DNA of 64,000 bases from Octopus vulgaris. Lineage: Eukaryota. Where the stretch lies: positions 112,778,001-112,842,000 of the forward strand of contig OX597820.1 of NCBI GenBank assembly GCA_951406725.2, read 5' to 3'. This document shows positions 39,766-54,847 of this stretch, in pieces. Numbering within the stretch: position 1 is the stretch's first letter; every line of letters begins with the position of its first letter. Below the pieces are notes generated by a model. That model ran no database searches and was not told the origin of the DNA. It was given only the letters and a program-made list of their open reading frames with translations. A program made the translations under genes and the position numbers.

Positions 39766-41469
39766 TAAAGAAAAATGTTCCTTTGTTATCCTAGTTGACT
39801 CCAACTTATTCAGTTATCCATTCACACACTACGGAAGCCCTAACGCAAACCTGGCAGTAGATATAATGCTACTGTTGGATGGCACTGGGTGAAATCTGAA
39901 GGTGGACAAGCTTTATACTGTACTCTACTACATTCTTAAAAGAATATAACCAGACTATAGAAATATATATATATATGTTCTTGTGTTACTATCTCCTTGC
40001 AAAGCAATTATTTCTAAAGACCAAATGCAAAGACATTTCATGAAAACTAGATATGCAAAATAAATGTTAGAGTTTTAAAAAATTAACAAGTAAAATTGTT
40101 TATCATCATCATCATCATCATCATCATCGTTTAACATCCGCTTTCCATGCTAGCATGGGTTGGACGATTTTGACTGAGGGCTGGCGAACCAGACGGCCGC
40201 TCCAGGCCCCAATCTTGATCTGATATATATATATCAATCTTGATATATAGATTTCATATTATAATTATAATTTGAAATCTATATATCCAGAACATCATAA
40301 CTGCATGTTTTAGGTTAAGATTTTCACTTTTTTTTTTGTTATAATAAAATCCCACATCTAAACAAGTTATATTTAAAATATGCTTGTGATCTTGACAAAA
40401 GAATTAACAAGACTGTTGCAAACTTCTTTGAAACAGAAATTAAAAGTCAGTTGGGATTGTATGTAAAAATTCTATATATCCAAACTATTTTAATAGATGC
40501 CAATAATTTATATATAGCTTTTTATAACATAATTAATATATAATTTTATGACATTTCTTTCCTTCGATTACAAGTTATTTAATTCAAAGCTAATTAAAAG
40601 TTTCTAATTTTATTTTCTGTAATTTTAATGTATGTTTACTACGTAGTTTATGATCATATTCCACTGAGGTTGACTTTACCTTTCAGCTTCTCAGGGTTGA
40701 TAAAATAAGTAGCAGTTAAATACTGAGATTGATGTAACCGACTTACCCACTCCCCAAAATTGCTGGCCTTGTGCCAAAATCTGAAACCAATATATAGTTT
40801 ATGAAATATTTTTTTATAATATAATTTTAATATTATATTATGATATTATCATATTAATATTATATTATGATATTATATTATGATATTATTATATTAATAT
40901 TACATTATGATAAAATTATTCCATAATATATAATTGCTAAAATATAATATTTCATAGTTTATGAAATATTATTTACTAGAATGTTGTCTGCTATACAAAA
41001 GGTAACTTTGGAAGTCTACATTTACCACCCAGGGTAATATTAGGAAATAAGGCATACACACAATAATATAACTTTTATCAAAAGGCTTTGTGCTTCGTAC
41101 AAAATGATGAAATGGATACTAATTTTAAAAAAAAATTTATTACCTTAAAATAAAAAAAATAAAACAAAACAATGACATGCATACACACACACACATACAC
41201 ATACATACATATATACATGTGTGTGTGTACGTATGTATATTGTCGTTTATATCCCTTGCTAAGTTACAGAGATGTAAACACACCAACACTGGTTATCAAG
41301 CAGTGGTTGGGGACAAACACAGGCATAAAGACACACACACATGTAGGTATATACATATATACAAGGGCGTCTTTCAGTTTCCATCTACAGCAACATTCGT
41401 CCTAAACCAGGACTGCCATGTTATGTTGGCAAATGGTCTTTACTCCAAAGTACTGAATATCTCTTGTTG

Positions 41470-41910
41470 TCATCATCATCATTATCATTATCATCGTTTA
41501 ACGTCCGCTTTCCATGCTAGCATGGGTTGGATGGTTCGACTGGGGTCTGGGAAGCCAGGAGGCTGCACCAGGCCCAGTCTGATCTACAGCTGGATGTCCT
41601 TCCTAACACCATCCACTCTGTGAGTGTAGTGGGTGCTTTTTACATGCCACTGGCCACGATCAGTTGGTGGTTTTTACGTGTCACCGACATGGAAGCCAGT
41701 CAAGGCGGTGCTGGCATCGGCCATGTACAGATGGTGCTTTTTACGTGCCACTGTCACAGGTGCCAGGGTAGGCTGGCAACAGCCATGTACAGATGGTGCG
41801 TTTTACATGCCACCGGCACGGAAGCCAGTCAAGGCAGCGCTGGCATCGGCCACATACGGATAGTGCTTTTGAGGTGCCACCAGCACAGGTGCCAGGGTAG
41901 GCTGACAACA
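41470..41910 (-). mobile_element. RTE-LINE 3'UTR fragment (family A) with an expanded tandem array
   Basis: Alternating tandem units and an (ATC)n end. Confidence 0.85.
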
Positions 41911-42059
41911 AACCGATAAAACTATTTCATGAGAAGTATATAAACCATAAGAAATCAGGTCAAGAGGTATGAGACTGAACTCTGGGACCATGAGGTTGGG
42001 AAGCAACACCTGTACCTATATACACACACACATATATATGAAATTGTTGTATACAGTAC

Positions 42060-43023
42060 TCAGGTGTGCGACAATCAAACAAGAAAAAATTATTAAAGCC
42101 ATCAGGTGTACTGATGGCGGATTTCAGGAAGCATGGAAGTTTTGAAGGATGTAGTGTCTTAACAGCTAAAGAATGATGCGGATAGTTTATTCCGTGCTTC
42201 AACAATTCTGGGCATGAAAAAATGTTTCCAAAAGTCATGGGTACTGTATTGTTATTTGATTTTGTGATCATGACCACAAGTGTTTGACATTTTAAATTGA
42301 AAAAGGTTCCCATGGTTGTCATTAGAAAGATGGTGGATAATCTTGTGGATGTCTACCCAAGTCAGTTGCCAGACATTTGAGCTTCAATGTGTCCGTGCCC
42401 ATGGAAGCCAGACGTTCAGAGTATGACAGCTGCCTGACCTTGGGTATTCATTTTGTTGTATGCTTCTGAACAGTTTCCAGGAGATTTATATGCTGAGCAA
42501 GATTGGGGTACCAGACTGATGATGCAAATTCTAAGCATGGAGGTACCATAGACTTATAAAATTTTAAATAGATAGCTAGAGAGTGGCTGACAAAGGTCTT
42601 ACTGAGTGACACCGTCAGCCTTCTTGACAATCTTAGAGATGTGGTTTGTCCAATGCAGATATTCCAATACCCATATCACAGTCACTAGAAGACTTCTTTA
42701 CATTGGTGTTGCTGAGGGAGTATGTAAAAGCTGGGTTTCCCTCCCAAAATGCCTGGTGATACACTTGTCCACAGCTAGCTTCAGATGCCAGTCAGACATC
42801 CATTGCTGCATTGTGTCCAGGTCTGATTGCAGGAAAGATCTATGTTCTTTTTATTTTGAACTACAGCTTGATGTCATCTGCAAACCTCAACACTGTAATA
42901 TTCCTCAAGTTGGCATCTATATCATTAATATCTGCGACAAACAGTAGGGGTCCAAGAACAGATCCTTGTGGCACACCACAAGTCATCTTGTAGGGGTGAA
43001 GAATGATGTCCTAGAACCATGAC
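42060..43023 (-). mobile_element. CR1-clade LINE reverse-transcriptase fragment (decayed)
   Basis: Minus strand encodes GVPQGSVLGPLLFVADIND...FADDIKL and FYKSMVPPCLEFASSVWYP...LLETVQK. Confidence 0.92.
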
Positions 43024-43849
43024 TATATATATATATATATATATATTTGTTTCTTTATTGCCCATAGCAGGCTAAACATAGAGGTGACAAACAAGGACAG
43101 ACAAAGGGATTATATATATGTATGCGTGTATGTATATATATTTTGCTACTAACTTTTTATAGCAAAACAACAGCATAATGTATTGTCATAGAAGCCAACT
43201 GATGCAGGAATAATTTCTGTTTTGTCCCAGAAGACTAAACAAAATCACAGTAGTCAGGTTTGAACACCCGAATAAATGATCTGCAAGATTGCACTTTGCC
43301 TTCACCTTGCCTTCTTTTAGATATTCATCATAAATCCTCAGCTTTATACACTGAAACTAACAGTGGTGAGTGTCTAGTTAAATGAATGCATCTGTTCTTG
43401 AGCTTGTAAAGGTAACTAAATATAATAAAAAAAACTAAAAAACACCCAAATATATGTATAATTCTCTATTAGTGCCAAAATTCCATTTCCTAACTAGTTA
43501 CAATGTCAGCATACACAGTTCCTAACAAGGACGTATTAGATTTCCATGAGAGACTTAATGTACTTGATTGCAATGTTGCACCGAGTTAAAGATTAATAAC
43601 AGGAAAAAAGTAAAAATATAAGCAAACTAAACAACGGCTAATGACAGAATGAAAATAAAAGAGGAGGAGGAGAGGGGGGAGAAGGAAGAGGAGGAAGAGA
43701 AGAAGATGAAAGATGGAGAGAAGATGAAGGTAGAGTAGGAAGAGAAGATGAAAAATGGAGAGAAGGAAGAGGAGGAGATGGAAGATGGAGAGAAGAAGAT
43801 GAAGGAAGAGCAAAGGAGGATGGAAAAAGAAGAATGAAGAATGAAGAGG

Positions 43850-43980
43850 AGGAGAATGATATAAAAGAAGAAGAGGTGGAGAAGAATAATGTAGAAGAAG
43901 AAGAGGTGGAGAAGAATAATGTAGAAGAAGAAGAGGTGGAGAAGAATGATGTAGAAGAAGAAGAGGTGGAGAAGAATGAA
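43850..43980. repeat. 30-bp purine-rich tandem repeat (about 4 units) in a low-complexity GA tract
   Basis: gaagaagaggtggagaagaataatgtagaa repeated. Confidence 0.9.
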
Positions 43981-44832
43981 TATGGAGGAAGAAGTGGGGG
44001 AGGAGGACAGGAAGAAAAAAGAAGAAAAAGAAGAAGAATGCAAAAAAGAAAAAAAACAAACAAACAAAAACCTCAGTCCTACAAATATGGTGCCAATTGA
44101 TAAGGAAAGTAATATCTATTGCTTTCAACTTTCAATTATGTGCTAACAGCAATGCTTAAGCAGCAAATAAAAATACCAAAATCTTTGCAGAATTGGTGCA
44201 AGAAATAAATAACAAAATGAATCTACATCTGGAAGACATTTATTTATTTAAAGACAAGATAAATATCTCAGCGTTTTCCCCCTTCGTTAAAGTAAATAAA
44301 AGAATGAATTACTTAAGTAGCAAATAAATAAAATAAATACAGTTTTTTTTTTGTTTTTTCTCTTTCAAATATGAAAGTAAATTTTTGTGAATAATTTGAT
44401 TAATAAACTATTTTTATATTTTATATGAACATCAATATTTTTAAATGTTTCATGAGTGTTTCCATCATGTAATGTTGTAATAATATATAAATGTATACAT
44501 GTATGTTAAACAAATATGTACACTTTTATATATTCACACACATCATCATTTCACATCTGTTTTTCCATGCTGGTATGGGTTGGACAGCCTGTGTGGATTG
44601 TTTTCAAGTATTCTGTTTTTTCTGGGAGTCCTTTTTTAAAGTAGAAGAAATAGCTAATGTTTTTTGGCTGCTATTTCTAAACTTCGGTATGTGATAAAGC
44701 AAATCTTTGCTGAACCCTAATTATCTAGTATTACTTAAGTTTACCATGAAATGGTCCTTTTTTCATGCCAAATTCTACTTGGTGAAATTATTGATTACTT
44801 CTTAATTAATTAATTTTACCCTTTGTTATTAT

Positions 44833-44876
<44 letters not shown>

Positions 44877-44938
44877 GAGTGTATTTTTACCTTTATCCAT
44901 CATTTTTTGCTAAAATGTCTTATTGACGAGTTTCGTTT

Positions 44939-45031
44939 TTTTACTTCCCTGAAGAGAAGATTGCATTGTTTTATACCATTTATTCTTTTGAATAAAATCA
45001 GTGAAATCTTCAAAACGTGTCGAAAGTAAAA
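44939..45031 (+). ncRNA. Type-I hammerhead ribozyme with canonical core, CpG-decayed (element about 44871-45063, inside (TA)n)
   Basis: ttttacttcc-CTGAAGA-gaagatt...aatcttc-aAAA-cgtg-T-C-gaaagtaaaa; 10-bp stem I with one mismatch and 7-bp stem II. Confidence 0.8.
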
Positions 45032-45060
45032 GTATTTGATTTATAACTGCGTTAAACTCC

Positions 45061-45124
<64 letters not shown>

Positions 45125-45134
45125 ACATATATAT

Positions 45135-45323
45135 ATTGGTTTCATTCATTTGACTGCAGCCATGCTGGAGCACTGCCTTTAGTCAAACAAAACAGACTTG
45201 TTATCTATAAGCCTGGTACTTATTCAATTGGACTCTTTTGCTGAACTGCTAGATTACTGGGATGTAAACACACCAGCATTGGCTGTCAAGCGATGGTAGG
45301 ATGGTGGGGAGGACAAACAAATA

Positions 45324-45368
<45 letters not shown>

Positions 45369-45525
45369 CAGGCTTCTTTCAGTTTCTGTCAACCAAATCC
45401 ACTCATAAGGCTTTGGTCAGCCTGAGGCAATAATAGAAGTCACCTTGCCCTAGGTATCATGCAGTGGGACTGAACCAGGAACAATGTGGTTGGGAAGCAA
45501 GCTTCTTACCACACAGCCATGCCTG
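45135..45525 (-). mobile_element. Family C SINE
   Basis: Homologous to the 53205 copy. Confidence 0.85.
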
Positions 45526-45559
45526 TATAGCATGACTGGAGAAACCAACCGACCTACCA

Positions 45560-45850
45560 ACAGCATATCAGTTGTTATTATGCAGAGATTTGCATAAATG
45601 TTTACATGTGAAAACGAATGTGAATAGTGTAATTGGAATATGTGGAAGATTAAAGTGGATGTGTTATGATGCTCTGAATGGTAGTAAAGCATTTAAGAGT
45701 AATGTCACTGGTAAGAAGTTCGTTATTAATAATGGATTATCTCTTAATTGTAGGTCAGTTAATGACATTTATTTAGTACAGTGTATAGAATGTGAGAATT
45801 TGGTACACAATATATGGGAATACAGGTATTACATCAACATAGGCAAATAT
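45560..45850 (+). pseudogene. Penelope-like (Neptune-type) ORF remnant: Cys-rich linker and GIY-YIG endonuclease N-terminus
   Basis: CGRLKWMC...FKSNVTGKKFVIN...NCRSVNDIYLVQCIEC, then in a shifted frame GTQYMG; fits the CxSxNVIYxxxCxxC...YVG pattern. Confidence 0.75.
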
Positions 45851-46013
45851 ATAAACTGGAGCAGGGTCTTTGTATCAATCTACCTACATATACATATATA
45901 GATATATATATCTATATAGATATATATAGTTGAAATTTATAGAGAAATAAAAGACGAAGACAAGTACATAAACAACAAACAGGTGTATTAGTTTGATGGG
46001 AAGGTTAGAAAGT

Positions 46014-46049
46014 CTTTTACGTTTCGAGCATATGCTCTTCAACAGAAAG
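46014..46049 (-). ncRNA. Minimal hammerhead-like motif, A6U variant (element about 45925-46110)
   Basis: Minus strand: cttt-CTGTTGA-a-gagc(atat)gctc-GAAA-cg-T-A-aaag; same family as 5503. Confidence 0.7.
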
Positions 46050-46344
46050 GAACATGAAGAAATAAACAGAGATACAATAAAGAAACTTTTGGAGTTAGCG
46101 GTCAATCCTTCTTTTTTTAATTTTATTCTTTTACTTGTTTCAGTCATTTGACTGCAGCCATGCTGGAGCACTGCTTTAAAGGGTTTTTCCAGTAGAACAA
46201 ATCAACCCTTAGACTTATTTCTTAGGCCTAGTACTTATTCTCTCAGTCCCTTTTGCCAAACTTCTAAGTCGTGGGGACGTAAACACACCAACACACCAAT
46301 TGTCAAGCAGTAATGTGGAAACAAACACAAACACAAGACACAGA

Positions 46345-47303
<959 letters not shown>

Positions 47304-48371
47304 CTCAAAATAAGCAACAAGAATAACTTCGGATCTTTGGTACGATCATTTCACAGAGAAGGTAGATATATAGACAAAGATGTGGATTTAAATTTTAAGA
47401 ACATTTAAGGTAGTGGAGTTTATCAACCCCAGTTGAACCATCCAACCCATGCGAGCTTGGAAAACGGACGTTAAACGATGATGATGATGATGATGATGAG
47501 AATGTGGTACTCCAGCATGGCCACAGCTTTGAGCTGAAACCAATAAAAGATAAAAGATATATATATATATATGCAGTATCTCACAGAATTATGTACACCC
47601 CTAAAAATTTTCAGTAAAATTGCAAAACGAAATTTATACTGTATAAAATATATTATACATGCTAACATTACAAAGCAATAAACATTTTCAAAGATATGAA
47701 TGAAATATTAAGTTTCAAACATCACAAAAATATGTACACCCTAAAGGAAATTTGCTATATTCAATACTTTATCTACTTTTTTAACTAAATTCAGATATTG
47801 TTGATAATTTCAATTCTAATGAATTATTTCTCTTGGCATTTTTGCACCAGTCATTGTTATTGCATCTGCAGGAATTCTGATTTTTGTACCATGGTGACAA
47901 TCTTCTTCACTGTGATTAAAATGGCACCAAAAGAAAAGAATTGTCTGAAGATTTGAAGAAAATTATTTTTAATTTGCACAAGAGTAGTTTAGGATACAAG
48001 TTAATTAGCAAACGAATACATATTAGCGTAAACACATTTGCTGAAGTAATTCAGAAGCACAAAGCTACTGGACGGCTGAGCAATGAACGTCATCTAGGTC
48101 ATGCTTCTGTCTTAACTGTGCATGATATTTGCCACATCCAATGTTATGGGATGGACAACAGGCATCGCACCACTTCATCTTTGGCCCAAGAAGCGTCTTC
48201 TGTTAGTGGAAAGAGTGTATCCACCCAAATAATTAGTTGAAGTTTGAACCAATGTGGTCTTCATGGATGCATTCCTCATAGGAAGCCTCTCCTCACTACC
48301 AGGCATAAAAATCTTTTACTGAAATCTATGTGAGTAAGGGGAAGGAGTTTTAGAATGAAATTCTTTTTTCT

Positions 48372-48681
48372 AAGCCATTTAAGAAACACACAAAAGCCGT
48401 TCGATTCACTTCAACATTTAAGTTTAATTTGTCAAAATATTTTCGTCGCTATAAGACCGCGACCTGTTCACTGACAAAAATCCGTGCTGCATTTGTCAGT
48501 GAACAGGTCGCGGTCTTATAGCGACGAAAATATTTTGACAAATTAAACTTAAATGTTGAAGTGAATCGAACGGCTTTTGTGTGTTTCTTAAATGGCTTAC
48601 AAACACCTTCCACGCTGCAATTGTTTTTGTTCCAGCACACGATCTCAGATCAAATCACTTGCTATGCAAGTACATCTCCGT
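48372..48681 (+). mobile_element. Small palindromic hammerhead-carrying retroelement inserted in the Tc1 transposase, 13-bp TSD
   Basis: Perfect 108-bp arms (48371-48478 and 48492-48599), 13-nt loop, unique tail of about 80 bp; aattcttttttct is duplicated at 48359-48371 and 48682-48694. Confidence 0.92.
48491..48543 (+). ncRNA. Minimal hammerhead motif with G3-C8 core swap (mirror copy on minus strand, 48428-48478)
   Basis: atttgtca-GTGAACA-g-gtcgc(ggtcttata)gcgac-GAAA-atat-T-T-tgacaaat. Confidence 0.8.
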
Positions 48682-49653
48682 AATTCTTTTTTCTGACGAG
48701 ACTAAAATCAACTTGTTTGGATCAGATGATATTAAACGAATATGGCGATGACCAGGTGAAGATAATAGCGCCAAATGTACTGTGCCTACCACGAAACACA
48801 GTGGCAGAAGTGTCATGCTTTGAAGATGCATGAGTACGGCTGGTGTGGGAGGACTCACCTTTATTGAGAGAACAATGGACTCAAGGCTTTATTGTGACAT
48901 CCTGCAGAAAGCAATGTTGGAAAGCATCAAAGGACAAGGAAGACATTCCATGATCCAACACAATAACGACCCTAAACACACTTCGAAGACGACAACTAAG
49001 TTTTTATCAGATAAAAAGTTAAAGGTATTGCCTTGGTCTACCATGTCACCTGATTTAAACCCAACTGAACATCTGTGGAGTGTTTTGAAAAGGAAGGTTG
49101 AGGAGAAAAAAACCCGCAATGTAACACAGTTGAAAGACATCATTCAGGATGTCAATGGAAGTTGATTTTATCAGTTATATGCTGAAATTTAGTCAACTCT
49201 ATGCCCAGAAGACTTAATGCAGTCATTGAAGACAAGGGCAGTCACACCTAATATTGAATATAGCAAATAATCCATTAGGGTGGACATATTTTTATATCAT
49301 TTGAAAATAAATATTTTGTTCATAGCTTTGAAAATGTCTATTGTTTTGTGTTCCAAATTTGTATAATGTTTGCATGTATAATATATCTTAGTATAAATTT
49401 TGTTTGATTTCCTTCGATAGTATCAGAGTAAGGGCAATTTTATTGAAATTCTTTAGGGGTTCACATATTTTTGTGAGATACTGTATATATATGAATTAAT
49501 ATAAACAGCTAGGTGCAATGTGATAGCATAAAGGAAAAATTCAATTGTCATTAAGTGTGACTAAGGATGCTGAAGCACCTACATTGCTAGAAATAAGAGT
49601 TAAAATACTCTTAAATCTGCACGAGGAGTGCAAATATATACACATATACTGAC

Positions 49654-49684
<31 letters not shown>

Positions 49685-49694
49685 TGTATGTATG

Positions 49695-49742
<48 letters not shown>

Positions 49743-50659
49743 ATCAACGTACCCCAATCCTTGCTTATAAGCATTGAAAGGTCATAGAAAATCTGCCTCA
49801 ACAAATTACATCTCACTCTTGCAAGCATGAAAATGTGAACCTTAAATGAGGATGATGATAGCAATGATGATGATGATGCTGATACAAAACATACATGTAT
49901 GTCTATTTCACACATGAGACACTATGTATGGGTATGCTACCATTTATTTTTTACTTGTTTTTTTGCCTCTTATCTGCCCAACTCCCTTTATTTTCAATTT
50001 TCTTTCTCTACATTAGTATGTGTGTGATTCCTAAAACTCCTATATTTTATACAAATGCAAGTATATACATATGACATATGCAGGTGTGTTGCAGCCATTA
50101 TAACTCAGCACACACGTTTATTGTTTCCATAAGGCAATATTCAGGAATTTGTGTTCTCTGAAGGAAATTAATTCTTAAAATTAACAAGAAACACATTCCT
50201 TTTTTTATCATTATTTTTCTTTGTGTTCTTGCTGGAACAAGATGGTGGTGCTGATGGTGGAATGGGGGAAGTGGCAGGGAAGAGAGAATAAAGAAGTGAT
50301 GCTGTAGGTTATGATGGGGGCAGTTGTGATGTGGTTGATGAGGTGATGGAACGGGTGTGATGATATTGTTGGAAAGATAAGAGGCAGAGTGATAGTGTCA
50401 AGGTAAAATGGTAAAATGTGATGGCACTATTATTAAGGTTGCTGTTGTTGTTGTCGTTTTAGTGGTGGTGGTAGTGGTGGTAGTGGTGATAGTGGGTGTT
50501 GTAAAACTTGAGCTGTAATTTCATGGTTATTTAATACATTAGAATCATAAGTGGAGTCTGTTTTCTTGACATAAAGCTGTAGAAATTCTCTCATGCATCT
50601 GTCTAATTATACAAGCATTTACACCTATATAATTAGACAAGATGCATGAGAGAACTTCT

Positions 50660-52455
<1,796 letters not shown>

Positions 52456-53204
52456 ATCTAATGTAAATAAAAACATGCATCATAAAATTTTCCTATTTAT
52501 ATACTAACAAATAGTAAAACAAAAGCTAAACATACGCAGACGTTAACGCATCAACAGACCAATTAGATGACCTACTCACAGGCAAATATGTATGCAAAAA
52601 TACAAATGCTTCTGCGCATTTACACATAAACATACTTAAATAAACCAATAAAATCACTTCCTTATTTAGAAGTAGGTGAAGAGTGAAGCATGAACTATCA
52701 ATATTTTCCGAATGATTAACCATGCCAGTATTATCTATCGAAGGAATATTTTCTGTTATTGATTTTCAAAAATTAGGGAACTGACAGCTGTAAGGTTTCT
52801 GTCTTTATTGAAGGCAAAATGAAATATAAAGAAAGTGAACTGAATCTGACTGGAAATTGAAACCGGCTCTTGAGATCATTGGCTGGAATGTCTCTCCAAT
52901 TACTGTTGAGCTGGGACTAAACAATAACAACAAAACTACTACTACTACTACTTCTACTATACAATTAAAACCTATCACCACATGTTATATCATTAAAACT
53001 ATCTCCACACCACTCTCGTATTATAGCCACTACCACTAAAGTAACCACTACATCTCTGCAGTTACTACCACAACACTACTACCACAACATCATAGTCCCC
53101 ACCACCCACCCATCCATGCCAATAGAGGCCATACGGCACTCACTGCTCTACAGCAATCCAGCACACCATTAAAACAATTCTCACACTACTCCAACCATCC
53201 ACAT

Positions 53205-53595
53205 ACTCTTTTACTCGCTTCAGTCATTTGACTGTGGCCATGCTGGAGCACCGCCTTTAGTCAAGCAAATCGACCCCAGGACTTATTCTTTGTAAGCCTA
53301 GTACTTATTCTATCTGTCTCTTTTGTCGAACCGCTAAGGTACGGGGACATAAACATACCAGCATTGGTTGTCAAACAATGCTAGGGGGACAAACACAGAC
53401 ACACAAATACACACACATATACATATATACGACGGGCTTCTTTCAGTTTCCGTCTACCAAATCCACTCACAAGACTTTGGTCGGCTCGAGGCCAAAGTAG
53501 AAGACATTTGCCCAAGATGTCACGCAGTGGGACTGAACCCGGAACCATTTGGTTAGTAAGCAAGCTACCTACCACACAGCCACTCCTACGCCTAC
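53205..53595 (-). mobile_element. Full-length tRNA-derived CORE-type SINE (family C)
   Basis: Head ggagtggctgtgtggt with gggttcagtccc B box, ttgggcaaatgtcttctact core-like block, (gtaaaaga)n tail. Confidence 0.9.
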
Positions 53596-53975
53596 ATCTC
53601 AAGAATCAAACACTAAAACACCTTCAACTACCTCTTACACTGCTATAGTCATTATTTATCTGTCCAGATGCTATATTAGAACACAAAGGAATGGTTGAGA
53701 GACTTTCTGAAAAGATAGAAGCAGAATTATAAATCATAAGCCCAAAGACAAGGCATCTAAGCACATCCCACCAATTAAAAAAAGAACAACTTTTACTCCC
53801 TTTAGCCACTGTCTTCTTCATCTGTTAATAAATTGCATGTAAGGCATAAAATATAAATATATATTGCTTTGTATGCATTAAGTAAGCAGTCTTTTTGATG
53901 ATGAATTCAATTCAAATACACTACAAGCTATACATCATCATCATCATCATCATCATCGTCATCATTATTATGATA

Positions 53976-54016
<41 letters not shown>

Positions 54017-54027
54017 GATTATTATTA

Positions 54028-54073
<46 letters not shown>

Positions 54074-54104
54074 GATTATTATTATTATTATTATTATTAT
54101 TACT

Positions 54105-54509
54105 CTTTACTCATACTCTTTTACTCTTTTACTTGTTTCAGTCATTTGACTGCGACCATGCTGGAGCACCGCCTTTAGTCGAGCAAATCGACGCTGGGAC
54201 TTATTCTTTGTAAGCCCAGTGCTTATTCTATCGGTCTCTTTTGCCGAACCGCTAAGTGATGGTGACGTAAACACACCAGCATCGGTTGTCAAGCAATGCT
54301 AGGGCAACAAACACAGACACACAAACACATACATATATATATACATATATACGACAGGCTTCTTTCAGTTTCCGTCTACCAAATCCACTCACAAGGCATT
54401 GGTCGGCCCGGGGCTATAGCAGAAGACACTCGCCCAAGATGCCACGCAGTGGGACTGAACCCGGCACCATGTGGTTGGTTAGCAAGCTACTTACCACACA
54501 GCCACTCCT

Positions 54510-54510
<1 letters not shown>
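54105..54510 (-). mobile_element. Full-length family C SINE in an (ATT)n tract
   Basis: Same features as the 53205 copy; CpG-rich and therefore probably young. Confidence 0.9.
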
Positions 54511-54542
<32 letters not shown>

Positions 54543-54786
54543 AAATTACTATTATTATTACGATTATTATTATTATTATCATCATCATCATTATTAAAGC
54601 TGGGCAAAATGCTTAGTGGCATTTCACCCAGCTGTACACACTGAGTTCAAATCCCATTGCAGTTGACTTTGCTTTTCATCCTCTCAAGACTGATAAATTT
54701 AGTACCAGTTGAGCACTGGGGTCAATATGCCCTCCGAAAACTTGCAGGTCTTGCACCAAAATTTGAAACTACTATTATTATTACTA

Positions 54787-54847
<61 letters not shown>

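Larger units (their letters stand above)
47921..49257 (+). pseudogene. Tc1 transposase pseudogene (frameshifts, stops, insertion)
   Basis: ELSEDLKKII..HK..LGYKLISK HTH; ILFSDETKINLFGSD; QHNNDPKH (second D mutated to N) with 34 aa to the E of SPDLNPTEHLW; C-terminal KGSHT*Y. Confidence 0.95.
47574..49483 (+). mobile_element. Tc1-family (DD34E) DNA transposon, IR/DR type, decayed
   Basis: TIRs cagtatctcacagaattatgtacacccc and ggggttcacatatttttgtgagatactg followed by TA; inner direct repeats at about 47723 and 49277; about 1.6 kb without the insert. Confidence 0.95.

Noticed and set aside
43586-44128. Glu-rich and Leu/Phe-rich ORFs
   Set aside because: They come from a purine-rich low-complexity tract with a 30-bp tandem repeat.
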